Source of the DNA: a virus
Taxonomy: Duplodnaviria; Caudoviricetes
Virus record (IMG/VR): IMGVR_UViG_3300032893_000043
Span: 1 to 63,405 of that record
Length of the DNA: 63,405 nucleotides
Strand: one strand, 5' to 3'
Each line of letters starts with the position of its first letter. The stretch's first letter is position 1. A model generated the notes under the pieces. It did no database searches. It saw only the letters and a list, made by a program, of their open reading frames with translations, and was not told the origin of the DNA. Positions 8,912 through 19,486 of the stretch are shown here, piece by piece. The position numbers were made by a program, and so were the translations under genes.

Positions 8912-10603
8912 ATGGCACCTGAACCGATCATTGAACCGGATGATCAGGACCAGACGGTCACGACGCCGTCCGGCAAAAAAGCCGTCTTGCCCCCGCCGCC
9001 GGGCAAGTCGAGCCCGATGTATAATGCCGAGCCTGATAAGGACAGCGACTCGCCTTACACGTCGGATTTCCTCAAGCGCTTCGACCCGGATGCGACCAAG
9101 GGCCTGACCACGGAGCTTGCCGGCATCGAGCGCGAGCGCGGCGCCGCTGAGCAAAAGCAATTCAGCTCGATCGACGCCCGGTTGGACCGCGACCGTGCAC
9201 AGATGGAGCGCGCATTTCACGCCGAGGCGCAGTCCGCCAACTCGATCCCGCCTGAATGGAACGCCGACAGGGAACGGCAGAATCGCATCGCCGATCCGAT
9301 CCAAAATTTCGGCTCGCTGGCGTCGATCTTCGGCATTCTTGCCAGCCAGTTCACGCGCAAACCGTTGACGTCGGCGCTCAATGCGTCGGCCGCGGCGATG
9401 ACCGCGATTCGTGCACATGACGAGGAAGGCTATAAGTCGGCTTATCAGGCGTGGAAAGACAACACCGAGCTCGCACTGAAGCGCTTCGGCATGGAGCGCG
9501 AGATGTTCGAGGACGCTAACAAGCTGATCTCGACCGATCTGGCACAGTGGAAGGTCAAGCAACTCGCCATTGCTTCCCAATTTGACAACAAGAAGACGAT
9601 CGCCATGCTCGACGCCGGCATGGACGACAAGGTGCTGGAGATGCAGGCGGCGCAAATCCGCGCGGCCGAGGGTATTCAGAAGGCGCGAGAGGATTTCGAG
9701 ACTTATGACATCCGGCGCAGCATTTTCAGTTCCGAGGTGAAAGCGTGGGATGCCGATCATCCCGATGCCAAGCCGAACCAGCGCGCCGCGGCTCGATTGC
9801 AGATTCTGCAAGGCATTGCCGAAGGTGGGCGCAATCTGCAGGTCGACTTGCTTCGGCAGTACCGCTTGGAGCACCCCGAGGCGACCGCCGAGCAGGAAGC
9901 GACGTTCCTGATGCAGCATCCGGTTGGCCTTGGAACTCGCGGAGCGATCGGTGGGGCGCCGACCAAGCAGCGCGAGATTCAGCGGCGTATGGACTCGTGG
10001 GTTGCTGCGCAAAAGGCGGCGGGGCACGAACCGACCGAGGATGAGTACGACGAGCATTATGATCAAGTTTCGCGCGAGATCGCGAACGCCAGCCAGCCAT
10101 CTATGTCGCCAAACAAGCGGGTCGATATCGAGCGCAACATTACGCAGTACGAGGAAGCCGACAAGACGCTCGACAAGGCGATTCACGTGCTGGAAACCTA
10201 CGTGGGAGCTGCGGGTCTTGCCGGACGGGTAACGCGGTTGGGTGAGCGCCTGCAAGATGTTTTCAGCAAAAGCAAGACTGGTCCGACCGATCGCGTTCAG
10301 TTCATGCGCGATATCGAGTATCTGCAGACGGCGGCGCAGAAGCTTCTGTTTGATCGCACTGGTCGCCCGTTGGCAGCGGATGCCGATCGCATCAGTGGCA
10401 TCATTGCCGGCTTAAGTCTCGGTGATACAACGGCCAACACGTTGCGCGATCTCCGCGACGTCAAGGAACGCTTGCAGCGCTTGAAGAAAAGCCAGGAGGA
10501 TCAGCTGTCAGGCAAATGGACGCCTGGGACGTCGGAGCCTGACGCAAAGCCCAAGAGCGGCAAGCCGGCGTGGGAAGAAGCACCGATCGTAGGTGGTCCG
10601 TAA
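8912..10603 (+). CDS. Internal virion / ejection protein
   Basis: 563 aa helical protein, coupled to its neighbours. Confidence 0.55.
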   Translation: MAPEPIIEPDDQDQTVTTPSGKKAVLPPPPGKSSPMYNAEPDKDSDSPYTSDFLKRFDPDATKGLTTELAGIERERGAAEQKQFSSIDARLDRDRAQMERAFHAEAQSANSIPPEWNADRERQNRIADPIQNFGSLASIFGILASQFTRKPLTSALNASAAAMTAIRAHDEEGYKSAYQAWKDNTELALKRFGMEREMFEDANKLISTDLAQWKVKQLAIASQFDNKKTIAMLDAGMDDKVLEMQAAQIRAAEGIQKAREDFETYDIRRSIFSSEVKAWDADHPDAKPNQRAAARLQILQGIAEGGRNLQVDLLRQYRLEHPEATAEQEATFLMQHPVGLGTRGAIGGAPTKQREIQRRMDSWVAAQKAAGHEPTEDEYDEHYDQVSREIANASQPSMSPNKRVDIERNITQYEEADKTLDKAIHVLETYVGAAGLAGRVTRLGERLQDVFSKSKTGPTDRVQFMRDIEYLQTAAQKLLFDRTGRPLAADADRISGIIAGLSLGDTTANTLRDLRDVKERLQRLKKSQEDQLSGKWTPGTSEPDAKPKSGKPAWEEAPIVGGP

Positions 10604-13594
10604 ATGGCCGACATTGCTACGCTCGAAGACACAACCGATGCTCGCGTGCTCAAGCGTGACGGCGACAAAGCGTTCTGGCAACCGATCGGTGCCGACGAGC
10701 CCGCTATGGTGCGTGAGGCCGACGAGAAGGCTGCAGCCAAGCTCGCGCGCGGCAATCTCGGCGGACGCGACCCGATCACGGTACCGTCGATCAAGAGCGA
10801 TGAGGATTACCAGGCGCTGATGCCCGGCATGAAATTCAAGGACCCGCAGGGCAACGTCCGCACCAAGCCGTACACAGTCAAGAGCGACGACGATTATGAG
10901 GAAATCCCCGAGGGCTCTCAGTTCCTCGACCCCGAGGGCAAGCTTCGCACCAAGCCAAAATACGAAGGCATCGATTTTACAGCGCAGACGCTTTATGACA
11001 TGGCGGTCAACGACAAAGAGCGCCGCAAGGCGCTGGAGCGTTCCTACCCCGGCAAAGTCAAGGAGCGTGCCGGTAAGCTTTACGTCGACGATGACGGGGT
11101 ACTACGGCGCCCTAAAGGCTTTATGGATGCGCCCGGTGCCGGGCTGGCGGCTGCAGCCGCTCCGACCATCGGTGCGATCGGCGGCGAGATCGCAGGCGGC
11201 ATCGGTGGGACGTTCATGGCGCCTGGCCCCGGCACGTTCATTGGCGCGGTCGGGGGCGGCGTGGCCGGCGGCGTGGCCGGGCAGGGCTTTAACGACCTGA
11301 TCATGGGCCTGGCCGGCGTCTATGACCGCTCCGGCGGCGAGGAGGCGGCCGAACTGACTTTGGCGGGTGCCACAGGCGGCGTTGGGACGGCGGCTGGGCG
11401 GGGTTTGGCAGCCGTTGCGCCAGCCATCAAGGGGGCCGTCACCCAGGCGGCTCCCAAGGCCGCTGCGTCGTTCCTGGGGGCGGACGAAGGGGCGCTTGAA
11501 ACGGCCCTGAAGCTCCGCGATCAAGGTATTCTGGTGCCGCCGTCAACTTGGGCCAAGGAATCGCCGCATTTGGCCAACGTCGCCGAGGTGTTCGACCCGG
11601 CGTTCCGCATGCAGAAGCCGCTGCTTCAGTCGGCGACCGAGCATTACGAAACGTCGGCCGGAAAAATCCTTGAAGACATAGGGGTTAAGCCTGAAGGCAA
11701 GATTAGCGACCCGGCTGCCGCGCCGTCGACCCAGAAAGCGGGAGAGGCGGTCCTTGCCAAGCGCCTTGAAGCCCAGACCATCGCCGACAAGAAGCTCGAT
11801 GACGCCATCGCCGAAGCCCAGCTCACGGCCGCGGTCGGAACGGTGCAGCAGGCAACGCAGCGCGGCGCCGTCGAGCAGACGGCGGCCGAGTCACGGCGCG
11901 CTGCGCAGTCCCTGATCGACGCCGGTTTTCAGGACATTCAGAAAGACGTCGACACGGCGATGCGGACGGCGCAGGCGGGGCACAACAGCGGCGATCTGTG
12001 GGCCGCGGTGGGCGAGAAGCTGGTCAAGATCCGCCAGGGCATCGCCGAGCGCGCCAAGGTCTGGTACGCGCAAGCCGATCGCGCGGCCGAGGGGCATTTA
12101 CCGGAGACGGGCGACCTGCCGGCAACGGCGCGACAGTTCTTGGAGCAATTGCCCGAGCCGTTCCGGGCGAAATACCCGGATGCGGTCAAGAAGCTCGAAG
12201 ACCTAGCCGGCAAGGTTGGCGAAAACGGTGAGGTGATCAAGGAGCCAGTGCACCCGACGTTCGGGCAGCTTCACGAGCTGCGTACCTGGTTCCGATCCAA
12301 TGTCGACTATCATGACTTGACACCGGGCATCCGTGACGGCGTCTATAAATTCTTTGCCAAGCAGGTCGACGACGCGCTGCATGACGTCAACGCCGTGCCG
12401 GAGCTCAAGATCGCGGCGCAGTTGCTGGACGCGACCGACAAATGGTACGGCGAGCAGATACGCCCGCTGCAGGATGCGCGTATCCAGGCCGTGGTGCGCG
12501 GGCTGGAGTCGGGCTTGCCGGCCGATCCGAAGGTGCTGTTCGACACGCTGGTCAAGGAAGGCCGCACCGACCTGACGCGCAAGGTTGCCAATCTCATCGG
12601 TCCCAACCTTTGGGCCGGCGTCAAGGCTGCCGACGTGCAGCAGATGCTCGAAGCGTCTAAGACACTGGTGCCCGACGTGATCGACGGCAACGCGTTCACG
12701 CGCGAGGTGCTGTCGCGATCGCGGTCGGGGATGCTTGAAGCCGTGCACGGCAAGGAAGCTTCGGCGAAGCTGCTGCAGCAGGCGCAGAACGTGGCAATGC
12801 TCAACGGCAAGCTCGACGTTGCGGTGCGGCCGGGCGACACCATGACCGACATCATTGCCAAGGCGCGCACGGCGGCCGAGGCGGCAAAGGCGGTGGCCGA
12901 GAAAGACCCGTTGGCTATGCTGGCGCGCGAGATGAAAAAAATCCGCGCTGATCACGCGCGGCAATTGGCGCAGGGACGGCGCACCGACCCGCTCGGGTTC
13001 ATTTATGACCCAACCGTGGGAGCGGCGCAGGCGGTTGATCGCATCCTCAATAGCGAGGATCTGATCTTGGCAGCCGGTGGACGGTTCGGCGAGAACTCGC
13101 CCGAGTTCAACATGCTGCGCCAGGTGTGGGCGCAACGCATTCTGATGGGAACGCTGGAGCCGTCTGCGCGGCTCGCGAAATTCTCGCCTGAAGTGCAGAA
13201 TATCATGTTCCCTGGCGTTTCCGGCGAACAGATGCGCCAGCTGGCGAAGGAAATGGATTTCCTGTTGTCGTCGAAGGCTGGCAAGGATACGGCCAAGTCG
13301 ATGGCCGCGGTCAGCAAGGTCGAGCACCCATGGGGCTCGATCCCGCTTGGCAAGGCGTTCGGCAAGATCGTCCCCGGCGCCGATGCCGCGGGGCGCGCAA
13401 TGCTCGGGAAGTATTACAAGATGATCACCGAGCTCACGAACAGCCCGTCGCTGATGCGCTTTGTGCAACGCGGGCTCAAGGGCGATGAACAAGGTCGACA
13501 AATAGCGCGGCAGGCGGTACAGGCTTGGATGCGGCGCGGCGGCGCGGTCGGAGCCGGCGTCGGCGAAGCGGAATTTCAGGCACCGAACCAATGA
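10604..13594 (+). CDS. Large internal virion / ejection protein
   Basis: 996 aa with a Gly-rich membrane-like segment (GGEIAGGIGG...); largest gene of the ejection trio. Confidence 0.6.
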   Translation: MADIATLEDTTDARVLKRDGDKAFWQPIGADEPAMVREADEKAAAKLARGNLGGRDPITVPSIKSDEDYQALMPGMKFKDPQGNVRTKPYTVKSDDDYEEIPEGSQFLDPEGKLRTKPKYEGIDFTAQTLYDMAVNDKERRKALERSYPGKVKERAGKLYVDDDGVLRRPKGFMDAPGAGLAAAAAPTIGAIGGEIAGGIGGTFMAPGPGTFIGAVGGGVAGGVAGQGFNDLIMGLAGVYDRSGGEEAAELTLAGATGGVGTAAGRGLAAVAPAIKGAVTQAAPKAAASFLGADEGALETALKLRDQGILVPPSTWAKESPHLANVAEVFDPAFRMQKPLLQSATEHYETSAGKILEDIGVKPEGKISDPAAAPSTQKAGEAVLAKRLEAQTIADKKLDDAIAEAQLTAAVGTVQQATQRGAVEQTAAESRRAAQSLIDAGFQDIQKDVDTAMRTAQAGHNSGDLWAAVGEKLVKIRQGIAERAKVWYAQADRAAEGHLPETGDLPATARQFLEQLPEPFRAKYPDAVKKLEDLAGKVGENGEVIKEPVHPTFGQLHELRTWFRSNVDYHDLTPGIRDGVYKFFAKQVDDALHDVNAVPELKIAAQLLDATDKWYGEQIRPLQDARIQAVVRGLESGLPADPKVLFDTLVKEGRTDLTRKVANLIGPNLWAGVKAADVQQMLEASKTLVPDVIDGNAFTREVLSRSRSGMLEAVHGKEASAKLLQQAQNVAMLNGKLDVAVRPGDTMTDIIAKARTAAEAAKAVAEKDPLAMLAREMKKIRADHARQLAQGRRTDPLGFIYDPTVGAAQAVDRILNSEDLILAAGGRFGENSPEFNMLRQVWAQRILMGTLEPSARLAKFSPEVQNIMFPGVSGEQMRQLAKEMDFLLSSKAGKDTAKSMAAVSKVEHPWGSIPLGKAFGKIVPGADAAGRAMLGKYYKMITELTNSPSLMRFVQRGLKGDEQGRQIARQAVQAWMRRGGAVGAGVGEAEFQAPNQ

Positions 13595-13845
13595 CGCTGC
13601 GACAGACTCTCGAACAATTGGCTCAGGATATTTCCAAGCGGGCGGGCGAGGCGGCGACACCATTTGCCGAATCTGTTGACGCACTAAAGGCGCTCACGGC
13701 ACTTTACGGTACTCTGGCCAAGGACAAGAGCAAGGACCCCGACGAGCCGAACGGCTTCACCATGGCCGATGCGCGCTCTAGCATCGAGGAAGCGGAACAT
13801 GACGAGAGCGCAGTTCGAAGTCGTCGAAGACGAGCAACCCAATAG
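13591..13845 (+). CDS. Hypothetical protein
   Basis: ATGA overlap, 84 aa. Confidence 0.55.
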   Translation: MTLRQTLEQLAQDISKRAGEAATPFAESVDALKALTALYGTLAKDKSKDPDEPNGFTMADARSSIEEAEHDESAVRSRRRRATQ

Positions 13846-14074
13846 CGCGCCAGCCGAGTCCGATACAAGCGGAGCGCTGGATGTCTTGCTTGCGATCTTT
13901 TCGCAGAAGACCGCCGCGGCGCTCAACGGATTCTATTCATTGCTCACCGTCGCGTCGGTGTTCTGGCTAGCATTTGTCATCATCCCGCACGACCCATCGG
14001 TGCAACAACTCATCGGGCTCGGCGGGTATGCGGCGTTCGTGATCGCGGTCAACATCATCGTGAGGCGCAAATGA
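13799..14074 (+). CDS. Small two-TM membrane protein
   Basis: Two hydrophobic segments and a basic C-terminus (RRK). Confidence 0.55.
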   Translation: MTRAQFEVVEDEQPNSAPAESDTSGALDVLLAIFSQKTAAALNGFYSLLTVASVFWLAFVIIPHDPSVQQLIGLGGYAAFVIAVNIIVRRK

Positions 14075-14214
14075 TTCAAGGTAAGCTCGGCGCAGCGGCG
14101 CATGTGATTCCTCCAAAGAAAGAAGACAAGGCGCCTGCGAAAGATCAAGCCGACAAGACGCCGGTCGAGCAGCAAGCGGGCGGCGACAAAAAATAACGCC
14201 GTTGAGATCGTCGT

Positions 14215-15720
14215 ATGGGCAACTCGCTCATCTTCACTTCAGCCTCGTCGCAAAATTTAACTGCGACGGGTAAGACCAGCATAAACCAACAAAAATTTAC
14301 TATATCATTCTGGTTCAAACAGTCTTCCACAGGCGCTACTAGAGTACTTTTTGATTTCAGCGACGGCACGAATAACAACAAAGTACTGTTCGAACTCGAC
14401 AGTACGAATCGCGCGCAGCTTATCGGAAACGTGTCCGGCTCGACGGTCATGCAGATCGTGCCGTCCGCGACTTACACGGACACTGCAAGTTGGCATCATT
14501 GGTGCGTTGCGGTAGACACGACGCAGGTTACAGCAGCGAACCGTATAAAACTGTACTTCGACGGTACGTTGATAACCGCGTTCACCACGAACACAATACC
14601 GGCGCAGAATACCAACCTCGGCAACAACTTTGCGAGCACGTACTATATCGGATCCGCACACACCGGAGTTCAGTTTTACAATGGAAACTTGGCTCAAGTT
14701 TATTATATCGACGGACAGCAACTAACTCCTGCATCCTTTATTAGTGGTACACCGGGAATTCCAATCACTTATTCTGGCTCTTATACTGGTACTTTTGATT
14801 TTTTTCTGTCGTTCAGCGACGCTACGTCCACGACAACGCTCGGATTGGACAGTTCTGGCGAAAATAATAACTGGACGCTAAACAACATGACGACGGCGAA
14901 CCAATCGCCGGATTATCCTTCGAGCACCATAGCGAATTTTGCCGGCGTCGGGCTTCTAAACGCGAATGGTTTTGTGACGCGCGTTGCTGGATATACAAGC
15001 TTTTCCGGTGCCGGGCTTTTTGGCGCAAATGGGTTTGCAACTCTCATATTGGATTCTGCAAACCTAACGGGCGCAGGACTGCTATCGGCCAACGCTACGT
15101 TGCTCATTCCGATCAACGCGTTTTTTTCTGGTGCTGGACTCCTCAATGCCCGCGCCGGCCTGCTCATTCCTACCGGTGCAAATTTTGCCGGCTCCGGCTT
15201 GCTTGGCGCGACTCTTTTCAGCGGCGGTATTGGCGGCGCGGCTTTTACTGGTAATGGCCTTTTAAACGCGAACGGATATGCGACCCTTGTTTTGGACGCA
15301 GCTAATTTGTCCGGCGCCGGAGCGCTGCTTGCCAATTCAGCGTTGTTCATCCCGCCATTGGTGCCCCAGCAAGTCCTTTATGTTTTTCGCGGCAGTCTGT
15401 TTGCCGATCCCCTTTTTGTGGCGCAGTCGTTTGCGCTTATTTTTGGCGGCATCGACTCGATCATCGCGGCCCAGGTCAATCACCCTCAACTACTCGTCAC
15501 CAAGCCGGACGGCAGCCAGTTGTCGATCGGATTCCCGCTATGTTTTGTGGGGGAAGTCGATATCCCATTTCGCTATTTCCCACCGTTTTTGGCCGGCACC
15601 TATTGCGTCGGCCAGGTCTACGGCAGCGTGATCAACGAGGCTGGAAACTGGGTATTTCAGGTACTTAATGGCGGGGTCCCGCTGACCGACCCCGTCACAA
15701 TTTTTGTCAACCCCCAATAA
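14215..15720 (+). CDS. Fibre / receptor-binding protein with LamG (ConA-like) domain
   Basis: FTISFWFK, WHHWCVAVDTT and RIKLYFDG LamG motifs; FxGxGLLNA repeats; C-terminal module shared with 17201..18739. Confidence 0.75.
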   Translation: MGNSLIFTSASSQNLTATGKTSINQQKFTISFWFKQSSTGATRVLFDFSDGTNNNKVLFELDSTNRAQLIGNVSGSTVMQIVPSATYTDTASWHHWCVAVDTTQVTAANRIKLYFDGTLITAFTTNTIPAQNTNLGNNFASTYYIGSAHTGVQFYNGNLAQVYYIDGQQLTPASFISGTPGIPITYSGSYTGTFDFFLSFSDATSTTTLGLDSSGENNNWTLNNMTTANQSPDYPSSTIANFAGVGLLNANGFVTRVAGYTSFSGAGLFGANGFATLILDSANLTGAGLLSANATLLIPINAFFSGAGLLNARAGLLIPTGANFAGSGLLGATLFSGGIGGAAFTGNGLLNANGYATLVLDAANLSGAGALLANSALFIPPLVPQQVLYVFRGSLFADPLFVAQSFALIFGGIDSIIAAQVNHPQLLVTKPDGSQLSIGFPLCFVGEVDIPFRYFPPFLAGTYCVGQVYGSVINEAGNWVFQVLNGGVPLTDPVTIFVNPQ

Positions 15721-15731
15721 GACGTGCTAGG

Positions 15732-16901
15732 ATGACAGTCATGGACAAACCGCGACGATCAAACGGCTGGGCAGGGCTTGCTCGTTTTGGAGGCGTAGGC
15801 GACAATTTGATTGTCGCCGTCGCGCTTCCCGGCTTGCGTAAAAAGTACGGCCGCGTCGAGGTCATTTCCGGCGGCGACCAAGCTGTCGTGTTCGAGAACA
15901 ATCCCTATATCGACAAGCTCAGCGTCGTTGGCAAAGACTCGATCCCGAATCCGAACCCCGACGAGTGGCAGGGCTGGTTTCGTCGCCGCGCTGCCGAGTA
16001 CGATTTCTTCATCCATCTTTCGCATTCCTGCGAGACACTGCGCGCACTGCTGCCGAGTCAGACCCAGTTCTGGTGGCCCAAGGAATGGCGCCGCAATTTC
16101 TGCAATCACAACTATCTCGAATCCGTGCTTGACATCTGCGGACTGCCGCACGAATTCGGTCCGCTGTTTTTTCCAACCACCGCCGAAAAAGAACAGGCGC
16201 AGGAAACCAAAAGCAAGGTTGGCGACAAGGCGATCGGCTGGGTGATCAGCGGCACGCGCGTCGACAAGTTTCATCCCTACGCGCCTCTCGTCATTGCCCG
16301 ACTACTTCGCGAAGTTGGACCAGTTGTCATGCTCGGAGCGCCCATGGCGCGCAATTTCGAAACCGCGCAGGCCATCCAGAACGACGTCATCAAGCAGAAT
16401 GGCAGCGATGCTGGGCTGCATCTCGCGCTGTCGGCGGACGAAAACAATCCGAACTGGCCGGTGCGCCGGATCCTGACGTTCGCGCAAGCCTGCGAGGTGG
16501 TCGTCAGTCCCGATACCGGCCCTGCCTGGGGCGTGGCATTCGAGCAGAACGCGAAAGTGCTTTTGCTGTCGCACGCCAGCCCTGAAAATATCACCAAGCA
16601 CTGGGTCAACACGACCACGCTTCATGCTGATCAGAAACGCGTGCCGTGCTGGCCGTGTCACCAGCTCCACAACTCGGGCGAGACCTGCACCCCGAACAAG
16701 GAGGGTAACGCTTCGGCGTGTATCTCGGACATCAGCGTGCAGGCGATCGTCGAAGCAGTGAAGCAATCAATGGAGAACGCCAGCCATGGCAAACGTCGGC
16801 TCATACGCAGAGAACCTGCTGCTGAACTTCTGTCTGAACGCCCAAGCGGCCACGCGACCAACGGTGTGGGGCATCGGCCTGTCGATCGGCCCCCCATCTA
16901 G
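15732..16901 (+). CDS. Glycosyltransferase family 9-like (heptosyltransferase fold)
   Basis: RFGGVGD, ENNPYIDK, VVSPDTGP and CWPC motifs. Confidence 0.8.
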   Translation: MTVMDKPRRSNGWAGLARFGGVGDNLIVAVALPGLRKKYGRVEVISGGDQAVVFENNPYIDKLSVVGKDSIPNPNPDEWQGWFRRRAAEYDFFIHLSHSCETLRALLPSQTQFWWPKEWRRNFCNHNYLESVLDICGLPHEFGPLFFPTTAEKEQAQETKSKVGDKAIGWVISGTRVDKFHPYAPLVIARLLREVGPVVMLGAPMARNFETAQAIQNDVIKQNGSDAGLHLALSADENNPNWPVRRILTFAQACEVVVSPDTGPAWGVAFEQNAKVLLLSHASPENITKHWVNTTTLHADQKRVPCWPCHQLHNSGETCTPNKEGNASACISDISVQAIVEAVKQSMENASHGKRRLIRREPAAELLSERPSGHATNGVGHRPVDRPPI

Positions 16902-17181
16902 CGTCTCGGGATCGGAGATCGGCACTGCGTCGGGCTACGCCCGGCAATCGGCGTTTTTTAACGCTGCGGCGCAGGGATCGATCATCAACTCGCAGGGCGT
17001 GACGTTCGGGCCGTTCTCGACCCAGGCAACGATTTCCGGCATCCAGGTGTGGGACACCGTGACGACCGCGGCGAACGGCGGTAACATGCTGTGGTATGGC
17101 ACGTTGGCGACCGCGCAGACTGTCGTCGTCGGCGCCTCGCTCGTAATCAACTCGGCCGGGCTGACAATCTCGTTGTCGTAA
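16786..17181 (+). CDS. Small tail/fibre-associated structural protein
   Basis: GGAG RBS; YAENLLL..GYARQ..GGNMLWYGTL motif common in phage minor tail proteins. Confidence 0.7.
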   Translation: MANVGSYAENLLLNFCLNAQAATRPTVWGIGLSIGPPSSVSGSEIGTASGYARQSAFFNAAAQGSIINSQGVTFGPFSTQATISGIQVWDTVTTAANGGNMLWYGTLATAQTVVVGASLVINSAGLTISLS

Positions 17182-17200
17182 ACATCGGAGCGACGATGCC

Positions 17201-18739
17201 ATGGCCGTCGCTCTCGACGCAACTGGCACATCGGTTGTCACCAGTGGCAGCAGCCCTGTAAGTTTCAATAACTTAACGGTAGGTTCAGGCGCCAATCGCG
17301 CGCTTTTGGTTTTTTTAACGTGGAATGGCAGCCCGGGCACGGTTGCGGTTGCCTGGGATAGCAGTGGCACAAATCAGTCTTGTGCGGCTATCGGTTCCTC
17401 GCCGTACAACATAACAACAACAGACGGCGTTGTTTATAACGGACTGTGGGGATTAGTTGCTCCGACCAGCGGCAACAAGACACTACAAATCACGTTTTCA
17501 TCCGGCACTCTGCTGGCCGTCGATGCAATGTCGTTCACTGGCGCGAACCAAGCGGGCGGTTCGACGACATTCGCCAATGTCAACACGGCTTCTGGCCTTA
17601 GCAGCACGCTGACCTTAACGGTAACCGCTACGGCTTCCGACGCGGCAGCGACCAATTGGGTTACGGATAACGCCGTTACTAGCATGACTCAGACGGCTTT
17701 ATTCGGCCCGACCGCTTCAAGTTCGTGGAGCGTTGGCGGTGCATACGCAATCAATCTCAGCAACCCGGCATTTCAAAACACGACTGCCGGGGGCAGCGAC
17801 GGCATGCTTGGCGTTGGCTGCACTATTAAAGCCGCCGTAACTCCAAATACGGGCGTCGCGAGTCTTTCGGGTGCAGGGGCGCTTAACGCCAGCGCTTTCG
17901 AAGCGTTTTTTGCCGGCGCTAATCTTTCAGGCGCAGGACTTCTGAAAGCCAGCGATTTTATACGCAATTTCACTGGAGCGAATTTCGCAGGTGTCGGGCT
18001 TCTCAACGTAAACAGCCATACCAATCCCGTGTTAGGCTCTGCCAATTTCAACGGCGCAGGTGCGCTCAACGCCAACGGCTATATTGGCATCGTGACTGGT
18101 GCCGCGCTTTTCAACGGCGCAGGTGCACTCAACGCCAACGGTTACATCGGCGTCGTTACAGGAGCAGCGTTTTTCGGCGGTGCCGGTGCGCTCAATGCCA
18201 ATGGTTATATTGGTAGTGTAACTGGTGCCGCGAGCTTTAACGGTGCCGGGCTATTGAACGGGATCAGCACGCTGCTGTTCGACGGCAGCGCTGCGTTTTT
18301 TGGTGCCGGTACACTTCTGGCAAGTACGTACGTTTCAATTCCAGAACTGACCCTTCAGCAGCTCGTGTACGTGCCGCCGACTGCGACGTTTATCAACAGC
18401 AACGTCGCACCGGTTTTTGTCGGGCAGAATATCGCGCTCTTTTTCGGTAATTCCAGCGGTCCTATCCCGCCCGACGAGACCCAGCTTCAAATGCTCGTCA
18501 CGAAGCCGGATGGCAGCCAGCTCTCAATCGGATTCCCGCTTTGCTTTATCGGCGAAGTCGACATCCCCTTCAAAACGACGAGCAACTTTCTCTATTATCC
18601 AGCGCTCATCGCGGGCAATTATTGCGTCGGGCAGGTCTACGGCAGCGAGATCAGCCAATCCGGAAATTGGACATTCCAGCTATTCAGCGGAACCAACAAG
18701 CTATCGCAACCTGTGTCTGTCTTCGTCAATCCGCGCTGA
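17201..18739 (+). CDS. Second fibre-like virion protein
   Basis: 512 aa, Ser/Thr-rich N-terminal domain, 21-aa FNGAGALNANGYIG repeats, shared C-terminal module. Confidence 0.7.
   Translation: MAVALDATGTSVVTSGSSPVSFNNLTVGSGANRALLVFLTWNGSPGTVAVAWDSSGTNQSCAAIGSSPYNITTTDGVVYNGLWGLVAPTSGNKTLQITFSSGTLLAVDAMSFTGANQAGGSTTFANVNTASGLSSTLTLTVTATASDAAATNWVTDNAVTSMTQTALFGPTASSSWSVGGAYAINLSNPAFQNTTAGGSDGMLGVGCTIKAAVTPNTGVASLSGAGALNASAFEAFFAGANLSGAGLLKASDFIRNFTGANFAGVGLLNVNSHTNPVLGSANFNGAGALNANGYIGIVTGAALFNGAGALNANGYIGVVTGAAFFGGAGALNANGYIGSVTGAASFNGAGLLNGISTLLFDGSAAFFGAGTLLASTYVSIPELTLQQLVYVPPTATFINSNVAPVFVGQNIALFFGNSSGPIPPDETQLQMLVTKPDGSQLSIGFPLCFIGEVDIPFKTTSNFLYYPALIAGNYCVGQVYGSEISQSGNWTFQLFSGTNKLSQPVSVFVNPR
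18040..18260 (+). repeat. 63-bp tandem coding repeat (about 3.5 copies)
   Basis: Recurring ttcaacggcgcaggtgc.ctcaacgccaacgg.ta encoding FNGAGALNANGYIG. Confidence 0.75.
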
Positions 18740-18820
18740 TTTGTAAGCGTTTTCACCGGCTTTTCAAACGGTTCTGCGTCCTGTATGCTTGGCGCTCGGT
18801 TTCGAGGGAATGAGTATCAG

Positions 18821-19486
18821 ATGCGGAAACGCTTCACGCTTTTTGCACTTGCATTGCTGATCACGCCGGCCGGCGCACAGGTGCAGCAATCCGGCGCCGT
18901 CACCCCGAACCATCTCACGATGTGGGTTGCTCCCGGCGTGGTTGGCGATGCTGGCACCGCGGCTGCCGGCGGCCCTTCTAGCTTCGGCGTCACTGCTTCT
19001 GGACCCGCCCTGTGTCAAAACAGCGGTCCCAACAGCGGGCCATATAACCAACTCTGTTTTGCTCCGACTGTAACCGGCGGCGGATTTACATTCACGAGCT
19101 ATGGCGGTGCAACCGGCACGCCGACGTTCAACGTCAACGGCACGGTCTACACGTTTCCGTTCACGACCAGCGGGATCGTCGGTCCAGGCTCGACGACATC
19201 CGGCGATCTCGTGTGCTGGAACAATCTTGTCGGCACACTGGTCAAGGATTGCGGCTCAACGCTGCCGTCCGGGCTTACGATCCCGTCTCCGACGCTTACA
19301 GGCACGCTGACCGCAGCCGATTCTGGAACTTGGGGAGCGAGCGGTATTGCCACGGGTGTTATTAACGCGACGACTGGCTTCAAGGCAAACGGCACGAGCG
19401 GCGTGTCGCAAACCTGTACCGTTAATCAGGCCAAAACTTTGATTTTTTCCGAAGGTATCCTGACAGGCGGCACATGCAACAGCTAA
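18821..19486 (+). CDS. Signal-peptide protein, Gly/Thr-rich (fibre-like)
   Basis: MRKRFTLFALALLITPAGA signal peptide. Confidence 0.6.
   Translation: MRKRFTLFALALLITPAGAQVQQSGAVTPNHLTMWVAPGVVGDAGTAAAGGPSSFGVTASGPALCQNSGPNSGPYNQLCFAPTVTGGGFTFTSYGGATGTPTFNVNGTVYTFPFTTSGIVGPGSTTSGDLVCWNNLVGTLVKDCGSTLPSGLTIPSPTLTGTLTAADSGTWGASGIATGVINATTGFKANGTSGVSQTCTVNQAKTLIFSEGILTGGTCNS

Noticed and set aside
8006-10255. Long antisense ORFs (also 12203-13684, 55983-57734, 58811-61057)
   Set aside because: Shadows of GC-rich sense genes with no recognisable motifs
15490-18660. Diversity-generating retroelement TR/VR pair in the fibre C-termini
   Set aside because: Differences are mostly synonymous and not adenine-specific, both copies are coding, and no reverse transcriptase is present
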